Shown here piece by piece: positions 38,638 to 52,601 of a stretch of DNA of 64,000 nt. Under the pieces are notes generated by a model. It ran no database searches. It was not told where the DNA came from and worked only from the letters and a program-made list of their open reading frames with translations. The stretch lies in the NCBI RefSeq assembly GCF_001194135.2, contig NC_068992.1, positions 64,352,485 to 64,416,484 on the forward strand, read 5' to 3'. Positions within the stretch are counted from its first letter, which is position 1, and each line of letters starts with the position of its first letter. The position numbers were made by a program, and so were the translations under genes. This stretch comes from Octopus bimaculoides. Taxonomy: Eukaryota.

Positions 38638-40700
38638 GATAGTCAGTAGGTAAACTTATCAAAGGTTATCATTTAAATACTTAGAACATAATTCCAAACA
38701 GTGTGTGTGTGTGTAGTCTGACAGATAATAGATAAACTGATGAAAGGTTACTATTATGTAAGCATTTAAAAGATTGTTTCAGGTCGTGTTTATATGCATG
38801 CTTGCACACACACACACACACACACACACACACCACATTTAGTTGAATCATGGGCATTCTCAAATGCCAGATGAAAAGTTCTTAAATGAAATAAATGTAA
38901 ATATTCTAATATGTTTTACTTTTGTTTCATTCCACTTCATTTTATTTCCTTGGAAAATTTAAAGACTTTCTGTACTTCTATATAAATAAAATAAGAGACA
39001 ATTCCTTCATTCCTTTTGACTAAACTTATTACCAACAGCATTTTATTCCTATGTATGTATGTGTTTGTTTGTATGTATGTATGTATGTCTATCTGTCTAT
39101 CTGTCTGTCATTATTCAATTTTATTTTATGATTTCTTGCCAACAGAGAAAGAGCTGGTTTCTGACCTTGATTCAAAGCTTCTTTATTGGAATTTCAACAC
39201 CAACAACAGAGTATTTTTGTATGTATATATATATATGTATGTATATGTGCAGATTAGTTTGTTTATGTTCCCTTAAGATAACAGCTCAATGAAAGGGACT
39301 GATTGAATGGGTATCAGCCTCAACTTGGTTGCAATCCAATTATTGAAACAATTAAAAGGCATATCAAAAATAAAAGATATTACCTTTAGTAAGGCAAGTG
39401 TACTTTAGAATAATCTAATCCTAGATATACTATGTCTGACAAAAAGGTAAAAAAAAGATGAGATGGTCATAACTGGAGCATCATTGATCACAGATCTGCT
39501 CAATCAGGTTTGACCAGGTACTATGCAATAAAAGCAACAACAGTTCCGAGCAAAATCGAAAGTGTGTTTATTTCAAAGTTTAGTGAACTAAATCCAGTGG
39601 AAATTGTGCCAACTTTTAAATTATTCTGAATTATCTATGGTAAGTGATTCTAAAATGTCAAGTACCATTTAACTTTCTAATTTTGTGACGGTGACCTTTC
39701 ACAATGACCTCTTTGTTGTTGTGTGTAGTTATTGTTTTTTTTTTGTTTTGTTTTACCTTATTCTTTTTATTTTTCCTGTGGGATACATCTCCCACAACCT
39801 TTAAAACTTTCACAGTAGAATGGTAACACCTCTACCACCAAAGGTTCTGTGTACTTTTATGCGATTTCATTTGCTTAGATCTTGAGTCTTTAAATCAAAT
39901 GTCAAGTTAGGGGTTCCAACAAGGTGCTGTTCTGATCTAACTTTCTGTTACTATTTTCTTTTTCCAACATAGAAGTCAACATAGTATATAGTGTAAACAC
40001 GAAGATTAAGCATTCAAACATTGTCACTATCTTTCTAGATCCTGCTGCATTTCACATGGAATTTTTCATTCCACAAAATTGTTTTGGTGTATTAGTCAAC
40101 CTACCTTTTTTATGGTTGTAAATTTTGGTCTGAAAAATTCAACTTGTATACTGGAATATGCAGTAGTTGTAGATGGAAACATACTGACTAAAAGACCACA
40201 GATCATTGTTGTAAAGATTGGTGCCGGATGATTTTATGATTCAGATATTGTCATCACTTGTTCCACTGATTGAAGTGTTGTTACCAGTTTTCAGGGGTTC
40301 CTTTGATCACACATTTGTTTCCTAAGAATTATATGATCTTAACATTAGTACCTGTTGAGTTTTTGATTGAAATAGTGTCACTAGGTAAGCTTATGAGCAA
40401 AACATTTTTAGCAAGGGATCTTATGAGCAAAACATTTTTAGCAAGGGATCTTATGAGCCTAAATTTATTTCCTGGAGATCGTATGATCTAAACATTGTTA
40501 CCGGGGAAGATTAATCACAAAATCGTTACCTCTAAGTGACCATTCATCCTACTAAGTAGTGGCTCCTTGAATCATATCTTATTTTCTAAAAAAGACAGGA
40601 TTGTCATGACTAGAACGCCTTTGCTCATAGGTTTGCTGAAATGGGATTGGCCTGGGGCTAAACAAAATCTAAACAACAAAATAATAATAATAATAATAAT

Positions 40701-40888
40701 GATATAGAAGACCTACAAAAATCAACATTGCTTGGAACTGCAAGAATTCTTCACAAGGTTCTTGAAGCATGACCAGTAAACCAGTGTCACCTTAGTCTGT
40801 TGGCTGTGGACAAGCTGACACTTTCCATCATACCCAGCAAAATAAAGCTGAGAGATTTCATCAAATGATAATAATGATAATAATAATG
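40701..40888 (+). mobile_element. Short 3' end of an R4/Dong-like RLE LINE
   Basis: DIEDLQKSTLLGTARILHKVLEA* (40701-40772) plus 3'UTR, between (AAT)n tracts. Confidence 0.8.
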
Positions 40889-41132
40889 GTTTCAGATTTT
40901 TCCACAAGGGCAGCAATTTTGGGGGATGGGGTGAGTTGATTACATTGACCCCAGTGTTCAACTGGTACTTATTTTATTGATCCCCATAAGGATGAAAGGC
41001 AAAGTCGACCTTGGTGGAATTTGATCTCAGAACGTAGCAACAGGTGAAATACTGCTAAGCATTTTATCCAGCACACTAATGATTCTGCCAGTTTGCCACC
41101 TTAATAATAATGATGATGATGATGATGATGAT

Positions 41133-41395
41133 GATACTGCCAATTATTGTTGGGTCCTTGGGGATAGCATTAGAAGGCATCAAGGGGAATATAAAGGAAA
41201 TCGGAATAGAGTAGAACTTTTACAAAAAGTTTGCCTCTTTGACATGGCCAGAATAATCAGGAAAGTATTAGACAGCTGAAAAGAACGGATAGCATGGCAC
41301 CGTAGGCTGCAGGCGGCAAGCCTGCTATGCATTCAAAACTCCAGGTGTTCCAACAAAACCTGAGATAAAAAGAAAAGTAATAATGATGATGACAG
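41133..41395 (+). mobile_element. 3' end of an R4/Dong-like RLE LINE, decayed
   Basis: ILPIIVGSLG.. (frameshift) VELLQKVCLFDMARIIRKVLDS* ending at 41279, then a 3'UTR; flanked by (AAT)/(GAT)n. Confidence 0.75.
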
Positions 41396-41417
41396 TAATG
41401 ATGTTTTCTCATTTCAG

Positions 41418-41496
41418 AATGAATCCCGCCGCTCTGAGATGTTAGCTGCAGCATGTGCTGTTGGTGTTGCTTGCACATTTGCTGCACCAATTGGAG
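41418..41496 (+). CDS. CLCN2: ClC-2-like exon 7: [26 protein letters not shown]
   Basis: atttcag| ... GAG|GTGAGT; 79 nt. Confidence 0.97.
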
Positions 41497-42263
41497 GTGA
41501 GTACTTTGTTGTTGTAGTTAAGCCTTGGTCATCCTTGACCTAGTAGGCCTATGGTCAAAAATATTCCAACCACGACTGACCCTTCTTTTTGTTATCTGAG
41601 TCTACTCCTTCTATTAAAATAGTAAAGTATGAGTTTAAAGAGTTTAACTGTTATTTTTAGCATGTCCAGTGGCTGCATAGTGGTGTTGTTTTTGTTTGTT
41701 TAGGCAGTTACTTGTATATGTTAAGATCTCTATTGGTCAAGTCTGGCCACACATCTGTACATGTATTCACATGCCTTGGTTAAGATTTCATGAGGAAGAT
41801 TGACCACGCCCCTGCATGCTAGTCTCCCATTTCCATGCCACCCATGTTTATCCAAGGGAAGGGTTGTTGTCTTATGGCAAGGGTCCACAACTCCTAGGCC
41901 AGAAACCAGTACCAGGCTATGGATCATCTGGTACTTGACTGCACAGAAAGAATAAATCTCTTAATTTTATTTCTATTTCATCCAATATCACAGTCTGCAG
42001 AGTGTTTTTGCACCATATCTCTGTTATAGAAGTTATACATACGTATTATATATGTAATAATTAAATTATATATTATGCACTTTATTGTGTTTTGTTATGT
42101 ACGTAATACCCCAGTCTGTGGAAAAATTGCCTTGCATGGAATTGGTCCATGGCACCAAAAAGGTTGGGGACTGCTGCTCTAGGGTTTATACGTCTTGACA
42201 CTTGTGTTGTCACTGGTGTTATTGTCAAACCATTAAGGGCTGTAACAAATAACATTAGATATC

Positions 42264-42378
42264 GTTCTATATTTAAGAGATGAGGAATTATGTACATTAT
42301 TTACATTATTTACATTTGACAGATATTTGTTAACAAACGAGGACAAATATCTGTAAAATGTAAATAATGTAAATAATG
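42264..42378. repeat. 115-bp insertion with an internal 36-bp inverted repeat, flanked by a 13-bp direct repeat
   Basis: Arms 42295-42330 and 42343-42378 (one mismatch); aacattagatatc at 42251-42263 and 42379-42391. Confidence 0.85.
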
Positions 42379-42864
42379 AACATTAGATATCTTTGCCTGA
42401 CCCTGTTTATTTTCACCTGACTATGCATTGATACCATGTGGTTAATGGAATTCTATTTCTCCCTTGTAAAAACAATTCCAATATGTCTAAATAACTCAAG
42501 CAGTTTCAACATGTAAAGATCAGTGCAAAATAAAAAACAGCCCTTACTTGCAACATAGGTAAAGGTTAGCAACAAGAGGAGCATCTAACTGTAGAATACT
42601 GCTTCAATAAGTCTCACTCAACCCATGGATAAAGGCAAACATAAAAAACTAGGTAGATGATGATGATGATGTTGATGGTTGTGAGGAAAACCAGTGTTGT
42701 GGAGAATGATCCTTTCTTGGTTGTTATACTTCTCAATAGACGTGTCATGAACTGTGAAGAACTTTTTAAAAGCTTATTTTGATCAGTAAAAACTCCCTAT
42801 TGTTTTCATCTGAGACCTCATTTAACAACATTGATTGGTTTTTTTTTTTAATTCTTCTGACCAG

Positions 42865-42990
42865 GAGTATTGTTCAGTATTGAAGTAACAGCCACATTTT
42901 TTGCTGTCAGAAACTACTGGAGAGGATTTTTCTCTGCTGTGTGTGGGGCACTTATTTTTAGGTTATTGGCATTTTGGTTTAAAGATGAAG
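42865..42990 (+). CDS. CLCN2: ClC-2-like exon 8: [42 protein letters not shown]
   Basis: gaccag| ... AAG|GTAAGT; 126 nt; GVLFSIEV and VRNYWRGFF motifs. Confidence 0.97.
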
Positions 42991-44001
42991 GTAAGTTTCT
43001 CAACTAATCATTTTTTTATTTTTCATCAGCTATTTCTTCCCCCCACTTTCCTTGGGGAAGGTAGGGGAACACTACAAAGGGCCACAGAGAATTAAAGGGA
43101 TTAATTTTCATGAGGGTGATCTCTTGAGTAGGTTGCCATTTTTGTGCACAGACATGGCTGTGAGGTTAAGAAGCTTGTTTCCCCAACCATGTGGTTTTGA
43201 GTTCAGTCTCAGTGTATGGTATCTTGGGGTAAATATATTCTACTATAGCCCTGGACCAACCAAAGTCTTGTGAATGGATTTGGCTGCTGGAAACTGAAAG
43301 AAACTTCTCATATGTGTATATATGTATGTGTTTGTGTGTGCCCTTGTCTTGATATCATCTGATGATTGCAAATGAACATCACCATCCTAGAAGCGGTGTG
43401 GTTTCATTTCTAGCCTTCTTTGAAAGACATGTCTGGTCATGGGGAAATATTACCTTACTTGTAAACAAATGAGGGTTGGTGACAGGAAGGGCGTCCAGCT
43501 GTAGAAGAATATGCTTCAGCAGATTCTGTCCGACTCATGCCAGCATGGAAAAGTGGATATCAAAATGATGATAAGGATGAATGTTAAAAAAGCTGACCTC
43601 TTCAAGAACGTTCACATACACTTGTTTGTATCTTGAGTGGAAGCCACAATGGGGTGGGGGTGGGGGCGCTGGCGAGGAAACAGACTTGTCAAGACGTGGT
43701 TGTGGACAGTAGTGGCGGACCTGAGATATATATATATATGGACGTGGTCCTAGAGCAGTTCATAACAGGTCTTGTGATCATGCTGAGGTGGAGATCTCGC
43801 ACTCTCTGATGCTCCATGGGAAGTGATAGGCAGTTGGACTATGACTTCGTTGTCTGTTATAACTTGATTGGGTAAGTGTCCTTCTATTATAGCTTTGAAC
43901 TGGTGTGTGAATTTGGTAGGTGGAAACTGGATGAATCCCAATATTTTTTTTCTGTTATTTTCAATATTCTGTCATTTGTTTGAAATATTTTCTTATTGCA
44001 G

Positions 44002-44086
44002 AAACCATAACAGCTTTATTTAAGACAACTTTAAGAACAGAAGTGCCATTTGATGCTCTTGAATTGATCATTTTTGCAGGAATTGG
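44002..44086 (+). CDS. CLCN2: ClC-2-like exon 9: ETITALFKTTLRTEVPFDALELIIFAGI
   Basis: attgcag| ... TGG|GTAAAT; 85 nt; ETITALFKT motif. Confidence 0.96.
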
Positions 44087-44194
44087 GTAAATATGACTGT
44101 ATTCTAATATCTATATATCCATCCAGCCATGATGGCGTGTGTGTGTTGTGTGTGTGTGTATGTGTGTGTGTGTGTGTGTGTGTGTTGTGTGTGT

Positions 44195-44228
<34 letters not shown>

Positions 44229-44658
44229 CTGTGTGTCTGTGTGTATTTCTCCCTCCCTTCTCTCTCTGGTACTACACTAATTAATGTAATCTTCCTATTT
44301 CGATGAATGTTGTGTGATTTGAAGGAGATTTGGCTGCTATTTCTAACAGGTTGTTATCTATGGTAAGCGGTAATCTATAGTTCCACATTCACTCTGTCTG
44401 AGCAGATATATATGCTCACAGGAATTTCAACTGTGACCATTTTTCAGGAACCAGACTGCTATAAATTTTTGTATATCAAAGACTACACTGTCCAATGCGT
44501 TACCTTCTCTTTTTAAAATGGTATGATGTGAGCTGAAAGAGATTTGGCTGGTATTTCTAGTAAAACTCTCACACAAACACTCCCTTCTATGAATTTTGTA
44601 TGTTGTCTGTAACACTATGTCATACAATCCCTTGAAACTAGACTAGTATATGTATATA

Positions 44659-44709
<51 letters not shown>

Positions 44710-46803
44710 GACTGGTGTCTTTTAGACATTCTACTAAATCCACTTACAAGGCTTTGGTCAGCCAAGGGCCATAGTGGGAGACGCTTGCCCAAGGTGCTAT
44801 ACAGTGAGACTGAACCCAGAACCATATGGTTGTGGAACAAACTTCTTACCACACAGCCATACCTGTTCCTATTTCAAAAATTTTTACCAAGACTAGTTAT
44901 TAGTCATTGAAGAATTTTTAACAAATTAAAATTTAGAAACAAACGCTATTTTGTATTCTAATCCCTCGCTTTCACCATTCTTTACAATGTCGCTGGCCCT
45001 CAGGTCTGTGACATAACAATCTAACGTCTGTCATTTTCTGGTTGATAAAATACTGCACATGACTTTAAGCTGTATCTGGTCATGGGGGCCTGGTTCAGAA
45101 GTTCCAAGGTTTTGAGGGGTGTGGAATCATTGAGTCACCAGCAAGCAAATGAAATGTTAGCATGGCTATGTGATAAGATGCTTGCTTCCCAACCACATGG
45201 TTCCTGGGTCCAGTCCCACTGTGTGGCAACTTCTACTATAGCCTCGGGCCAACTAAAGCTTTGTGAGTAGATTTATTGATGGATGCTGATAGAAGCCCAT
45301 TTTGTGTGTGTATGTCTTTGTTTGTCCTCCACCACCACTTGACAACCAGTGTTGGTGTGTTTACATCTCTGTAACTTAGCTGTTCAGCAAATAGAGATCA
45401 ATAGAATAAGTACCAGGCTTAATAAAAAAAGTACTGGGGTTGATTCATTTGTCTAAAAATTCTTCAAGATGGTGCCCCAGCATGGCCACCCCAGCATGTG
45501 GAGGCACATGGCTTAGTGGTTAGGGTGTTGGACTCATGATCATAAGATAGTGGTTTTGATTCCTGGACCGGGCAATGCATTGTGTTCTTGTGTAAAACAC
45601 TTCAATTCATATTGCTCCCGTCCACTCGGCTGGTAAAAATGAGTTATCTTGGAATGGACTGTCGTCCTGTCCAGGTGGGGAACATGTACACCATAGAAAC
45701 CAGGAAATCAGCCTTTATCAGTTGGTATAATTCCAGAGGAAATCTTTACTTAGCAGAGGTGCATAGCTTAGTGGTTAGGGTGTTGGACTCATAATTGTAA
45801 GACTGGTTTTGATTCCAGGACATGGTGACTCATTGCATTCTTGAGCAAAACACTTCATTTCATGTTTTGCTCCAGTCCGCTCAGCTGGCAAAAATGAGCA
45901 ATCCTGCAATGGACTGGCATGGGGAATATATACACCATGAAACCGGAAAACTGGCCCTTATCAGTTGGTATTACTTGAGTAGGTACCTTTTTTAACTTTC
46001 TCAACCCAGCATAGCCACAGTCTAATGACTGAAACACATGAAAGAAATAAAATATAAGGAAAGTCTGTCCATGGCCAGGATCAACCTGCTCAGTTAGCAA
46101 ACTACTGCTATCATATGGAATCATGACATGCTCAGATGAGGCATCCGGCTATCAAAAGACCAATATGATTTATTGGTCCAAATAAGTTGCCTAGCCAGAT
46201 GATGAATATGATGATGACGATGGCACTTGTTATTCTTTCATAAAAACTTAGTAACTTCGTTTTATACTTATCCATTTAATTATAATCTACTTTGTGTTGT
46301 AATTACTGGCTTTATTAAGTAGGTACATTACAGCATTTTTAAGTAGGAACATTAATCTATAAATCCAGCTCAGAGTATAGGTTTACTACTAAATATAGGA
46401 TGCTTGCGTTTCATGCAACTCAGTTATACGTGCACACATACATGTCTTCTCTTATTATTCACAAATATACACCTACAGATATATACGCACAGAAATATGC
46501 ACAATCAGCTATACACAGATGTGCATATACAGAAACTTTTGTGTGTGTGTGTACATATGTGTGTGTACATATGTGTGTGTACATATGTGTGTGTACATAT
46601 GTGTGTGTATATAGATGTGTGTGCATATACATGACTGTATGTATGTGTGTATGTATATATGTATGTGTGTATGTATGCGTGTGTGTATATGTATATGTGT
46701 GTGTATGTGTATATATATATATGGATGTATATGTGTATGTATGTGTATATATATGTATGTATATGTGTGTGTATATATGTGTGTATGTATATGTGCATAT
46801 GTT

Positions 46804-46842
<39 letters not shown>

Positions 46843-46857
46843 ACCCACAAACTCACT

Positions 46858-46893
<36 letters not shown>

Positions 46894-47686
46894 TTAATTT
46901 CAGTGGTATTGCTTTGCACTAGTGTCATTATTCATCATTATTCATTATCTTCTTATTTCAAAGCAATTAAAACTTGATAGTTTGCATGAACCAGCATGGA
47001 AAAGAATTACAGAAGCCAATGAGAAATGTCATAAACATTGCTTGTGCTGTTAGAAATAGCAGCTAATTTTTTGTTAATCCTTTAAATACCAACCTTCTAG
47101 AAAGTGCCCCAAGTTTTATGATACAAATACTTCATTTTAAAGTGATATAAAGGAAATCCTCCCATTCGTATTGACAGTTATTTTTAACAAATTTTTCATT
47201 ATTTTAAAAATCTATTGAAACAAAGGCAGTGAAGTTTTAATAGAAATATGGCCGTGAATAGTTTAAAGTCCTATCTTACCAGCCTCAAAAATCTACAGAT
47301 GATTTACTAGATAATGAGGTTGTAGATGTACTGAGCCTAAAAATAGATGGACTGGTCAAATCTGGGGTGTCTTTGATCTTATATCTATTGAATGGGTGCT
47401 GACTTGGGAGTCAAACAACTACATCATCATTAATGATATAGGAATCAGATTGGTCAGATTTGGACAAGTCTTCTGTTTCTTTACACATTTGATCTTCAGT
47501 TCTTACCTTGAACAAGATTGTCAACTCTTCATCATCATTGAACAGTAGTTGGAGTTTGGTTTACAATTCCTTTGTTGCACCATCAGAACAACAAATGACC
47601 CCTGGTGACTCTGTTGACAGGCACTATGGGCTCCTTATGCAATTTTCATTGGAGAACTTAGAAATATTTCTTACAAGACACATCTG

Positions 47687-48093
47687 GTAGTAAAGATTGT
47701 TTGCCAACATAACATGTCAGTCCTGGTTTAGGACTAATATTGCTGTAATTTAGCCCCAGGAGATATCGTCTCCAGCTGGCTGTACGACACGATCTGTGTC
47801 CTTATATTTTTGAACAAGGGAATCTAGCTCAAAACAATATCTGTGTATCACGATTTCTGGGTTATTTCCTTTCATCAGCACAGAATAATTGATGAAGGGA
47901 AATAACCCGGAAATCGTGATACACAGATATTGTTTTGAGCTGAGTGGGGGTGCTAGATTCCCTTGTTCAAAAATATAAGGACACAGATTGTGTCGTATAG
48001 CCGTCTGGAGACGATGTCTCCTGAGGCTAAATTACAGCAACATTCGTCCTAAACCAGGACTGCCTTGTTATGTTGGCAAACAATCTTTATTAC
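47687..48093. repeat. Long inverted repeat (arms ~190-200 bp, spacer ~11 nt)
   Basis: 47687-47878 is the reverse complement of 47890-48093 with scattered mismatches and one ~13-nt insertion (gagtgggggtgct) in the right arm. Confidence 0.97.
47840..47884 (-). ncRNA. Type-I hammerhead-like fold at the centre of a long palindrome
   Basis: Stem I TCTGTG/CACAGA; core CTGATGA; imperfect stem II AAGG-AAATAA-CCCA; GAA; near-palindromic ATCGTGAT; H17=A. Mirror copy on the + strand at 47889-47927 lacks the 5' strand of stem I. Confidence 0.65.
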
Positions 48094-49156
48094 AAAGTAC
48101 TGTTGCTGAATATCTCTTGTTATGAGATTTAAAAATAGTAATTTTCTAAGACACATCTTGTTGGTGCTGGCCAATTATGGGAGAGAGAGAAAGGGAGGAA
48201 GAATTCACTCCAGTTCTTAAATGATACTTTATTGATTTATTTCCAAAATGACGGAAGGCAAAGTTGACCTTGGCAGATTTGAACTCTGAGTGTAGAGCCA
48301 CAATAAACAACACAAGACATTCTATCTGATGCTACGGTGATTCCTTAATTCACCGCCTTCTGTTTACAATACATTTTGGAAATAACTTGTCAAAATAAAT
48401 CATATATATATATACATATATATTATTTATTGGATGTTGTTTATGTTTATGCGTTGCCTGAATACAATGACATGGATCTAGTGACCGTCACATGTTCTTG
48501 TAAATTATTGTGCAGTCAAGCTAGTGAAGGAGCCTGTCCATAGATGCTTAATTCACTAGAAACAGCAGACAAATTTTCCTTGATTCTTACTGTGTGTTTT
48601 TTTTTTAAATGAAAGGACTGCAAATAATCTCAGATATAATCTATTAGATTGTTATGGCCATGGTTACGAAGTCTTAGCTCATAGGCCAGATTGACCTGGT
48701 GCTGCACAGAATGCAGCACAGAATTTTGCCAGTGAACAGGTCGCGGTCTCAAAGCTACGAAAATAGTTTGACAAATTAAGTCTAAATGTTGAAGTGAATC
48801 TGACGGCTTTTGTGTGTTATTTTAAATGACTTATAAACATCTTCCACACTGCAATTGTTTTTGTTCCAACACACGATCTCAGATCAGGTCACTTGCTATG
48901 CAAGTACATCTCCGTAATTTCATTTAGTTCACTTCAAAACAAGAGGTTTCTCCCACAGAATAAGAGGCAGGCACAGGTAAGTTAGAAACAAAAGGCTTAA
49001 CGATTACATTAACCAATGTGGTCTTACCTTTTAAACGCACTAGGATGTGATTTGAGGTAGGTTTTGCTTATTATTATTTCTAGCAGGTTGAATAATCTTG
49101 CTTTGATAATCTATGTTTTGTCCTGGCGTATAATCTCGGTTTTTTTCCTATTTCAG

Positions 49157-49258
49157 CGTAGCATGTGGCTTAGGTGGGTCTCTCTTCATTTTACTTCATA
49201 GAAAAATAATTCTCTTCACCAGAAGACACAAAAGGATGTCTGCTTTTCTACAGAAAAA
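49157..49258 (+). CDS. CLCN2: ClC-2-like exon 10: GVACGLGGSLFILLHRKIILFTRRHKRMSAFLQK
   Basis: atttcag| ... AAA|GTAAGC; 102 nt; phases 2/2 fit both neighbours. Confidence 0.95.
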
Positions 49259-50345
49259 GTAAGCATAATCTTTTTTTTTTTATAAGAAACTTTTCCTTGT
49301 GTTTCAACAGTGTGACATGAAATTTATTGTTTGCTTTAAAATATGTTTTATCTTAGATCAAGGGAAGTAATTCTTGCCTTTGAAACAATGAAATGCATTT
49401 CAATATTTTAGGACTAAGCATTAATTAGACAAGATTAATTAGTATATATACATACATGATATCATCATCATTTCAATGTCCACTTTTCCATGATTACATG
49501 GATCAGACAGAATTTGTTGAGGCAGATTTTCTGTGATTGGATGTCCTTCCTGTTACCAACCCCTACCCGTTTCCACGTAGGGTAATATTTTGGCATAGCC
49601 GGATGGAAGATCCAGAGGGATGAAAGGCAAAGTTGACCCTGGCAGAATTTGAACTCAGAACATAAGGACGGATGAAATGCCGCTGAACATTTTCCCCAGC
49701 ATGCTGGCAATTCTGCCAGCATGCTGCCTTAATAATAATAATAATAATAATAATAAAGATGATGATACACAATAAGAAGGTGAAGGTGCATGGCTCAGTG
49801 GTTAGAGCATCGGGCTCACAATCATGAGGNNNNNNNNNNGAAGGTGCATGGCTCAGTGGTTAGAGCATCGGGCTCACAATCATGAGGTAGTGAGTTTGAT
49901 TCCTGGACCAGGCTGTGTGTTGTGTTCTTGAGCAAGACACTCTATTTCATGTTGTTCCAGTTCACCCAGCTGTAGAAATGAGTTGTGAAGTCACTGGTGC
50001 CAAGCTGTATCAGCCTTTACCTTTCTCTTGGATAACATTGGTGGCATGGAGTGGGGAGGCTGGTATGCATGGGCGACTGCTGGTCTTCCATAAACAAATT
50101 TGCCTGGATTTGTTCCTTAGAGAGAAACTTTCTGGGTGTAAAAGAGCAGCACAATATAATTTGCAATTGAGATTGACTACATTATTAAATTGAGCAATAT
50201 ATTAAAATATTGTTCAATTTAATAAACAATCAGTTTCTATTTATTATGTGTCTTCTTATTGTGTGTTTGCCTTCATGAAAAGTCACATCAGTTTTCATAT
50301 AATAATGATGATAATAATAATATTTGATCTGTTTTATCATTTCAG

Positions 50346-50430
50346 TCGATTTATTTATCCTGGAATAATAGCTATTTTAATATCTACATTAACATTCCCA
50401 CCTGGTCTTGGACAATATTTTGCTGGACAG
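50346..50430 (+). CDS. CLCN2: ClC-2-like exon 11: NRFIYPGIIAILISTLTFPPGLGQYFAGQ
   Basis: tttcag| ... CAG|GTATGT; 85 nt; TFPPGLGQ motif. Confidence 0.96.
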
Positions 50431-52299
50431 GTATGTATATATATACATATATATATTTTTGTATATCTTTAATATAGTGTATGATAAACCCTTTTCTGAC
50501 AGCAGACACCCAAGCTATCTCTCTTTCTCCTCCTTTTTTCACCCCTGTTGCGTCCAGCCCCTTTGTATCTACACTAGGCATCATCCCAGTCCTTCCTTTT
50601 CAGAATGACTTCCCTCTGAAACCTCCCTCTCTGCTCATGTCATTCCTGCTCCTTGTTCCAGACCTGGCAAATAAAAAAAGAAAAATGAATGTCTTTTTAT
50701 TTGTTTCTGTAACCAGAACTAAAGAATCTTCTCGACTGGTTTCATATCTCATTTGATTCTCTTCAAGTATCATTTGACCCACCCATTAGTGATTGTGCTT
50801 AGCTGTTATGCTTCAATGTATGTTGTTTCAAGTTGTATCTTTTTTGGCTTCGTCATTTTTGTTTTTGTTTTAAGAAATTAATGAGAAAAACAACCCTCAA
50901 CTTCAGTTGGTTTATCTAACTTTACGTTGATCTCGGTGAACATATCTAAAAACGTAAAGATTAAAAAAGACATAAAACCTAACCTTGAAGTGGAAAAAAA
51001 TTAAAAAGTACATGTGAGAGTATGTACAAACCATTTATTCAAACAGATAACAGGTAATAAATTTCTTAACCCTTCAGCATTTAAACTGGCCATATCCAGC
51101 CAGAATATTCTACCTGTTTTATGTTCAAATTAGCTAGATTCTGGCCTCTTATACCTACCCTACAATGTTATTCTAAAAGTAAACAATCACATCATCAAAA
51201 TCTCAGAGCAACAAAGTAAAGCATGATTAATTCAAAACAATGTGAATAAATAAGGATTATATTTGATAGAGAAATCTGAATGTTAAAGGGTTAAATGGTC
51301 TTCCATTTTTTAAATAATTTTTTAAAGTGAAGTTGCATATCTCAGAACTAATTACTGATGTAAGTTGAGGGATACCTGTATTTCTCTCCTTGGGCAGATC
51401 ATATTATATTTTATCTCTGATGAGAATCAAATGAGATGTGAAACCAGTCAGGTAGATCCATTTTTTTTTTGTTTTTGTCAACAGAGAAAAAGAAAATGAC
51501 ATTTGTTTACAGTTGTTCCAGTCCTGTGATGGATCTGCTGTGAAATAACGGTTTAATTTGAATCATACCAAATATGGGCACAAAAAATAAAAGCTATTTA
51601 GTGCTTGCTGAATTAATTTGTAAGAATCTGTGTGTGTGTGTGTGTTTGTGCGTGTGTGCGTGTGTGTGTGTATGTGTGTTTGTGTTTACATCTATATTCA
51701 TCATCATTTTATGCCTGTTTTTCCATTTTCGCATGTGTTGGGTGAATCTTTTCCAGTAGAACACCTTGTCACTTGATGAGATTCAGCCTCTCAAGATTAG
51801 CCTCTTGTGTCTTCCTTGGTCTGTCTCTTTTTCTGGTTCCTTTCTGTACACTTGCACACACACACACACACACATATGTAGCTGTGAGTGTTTGTGTGTG
51901 TGTGTGCAGTCTTTGTATATATGTCTATATCATTGTGTGCATTGGATATCATGTACAATATAATTGACAAACATGTTTATTTATTAGATGTGGGTTTTCG
52001 TCCCATGACGACCCTTTCACGTGCACTGAGCTCCAGTGTCTGCTATATATAGCTGTGTGGGACAAAACACACACACATTTATTTTATATTTTTTATGTAT
52101 ATCATCATCATCACCATCATCGTGTGTTTGAGTGTGTCTGTACATGTATGTATGTATATATTTAGCCTTATATGTACGTCACTTTAACTGTATATAAACA
52201 CACACACACACACACCCATAATGTGTACATGTATAGTGCCTTACGATGTTTACTGTTGGCTTGTTTGTTTATATGCATTTCACCAGATATATAGATGTA

Positions 52300-52332
<33 letters not shown>

Positions 52333-52567
52333 TATATATCAGCAGATATATATAAATACAAGTTCTAAATAGGTTGTTAGCATTAGATTTCAATAATTCA
52401 GATTTCAAAATATTTCCATATTCCTAATGAGCAATATTGTATTTCATTTTCATGCACAAATGTCTTTTGCTTTAAGAATTCATTGTGGTTCTTTGATTAT
52501 TCGTGTTAGTTGACGTAGTTATCACCTATCAATTACAATATTTTACTATATTTATTTTGTATAGAAT

Positions 52568-52601
<34 letters not shown>

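Noticed and set aside
37457-38662. ORFs of 326-398 aa in the track
   Set aside because: Artefacts of the 927-nt N-run.
46400-46977. Overlapping ORFs on both strands; similar cases at 17234-17629 and 20546-21090
   Set aside because: Alternating purine-pyrimidine microsatellites that lack stop codons.
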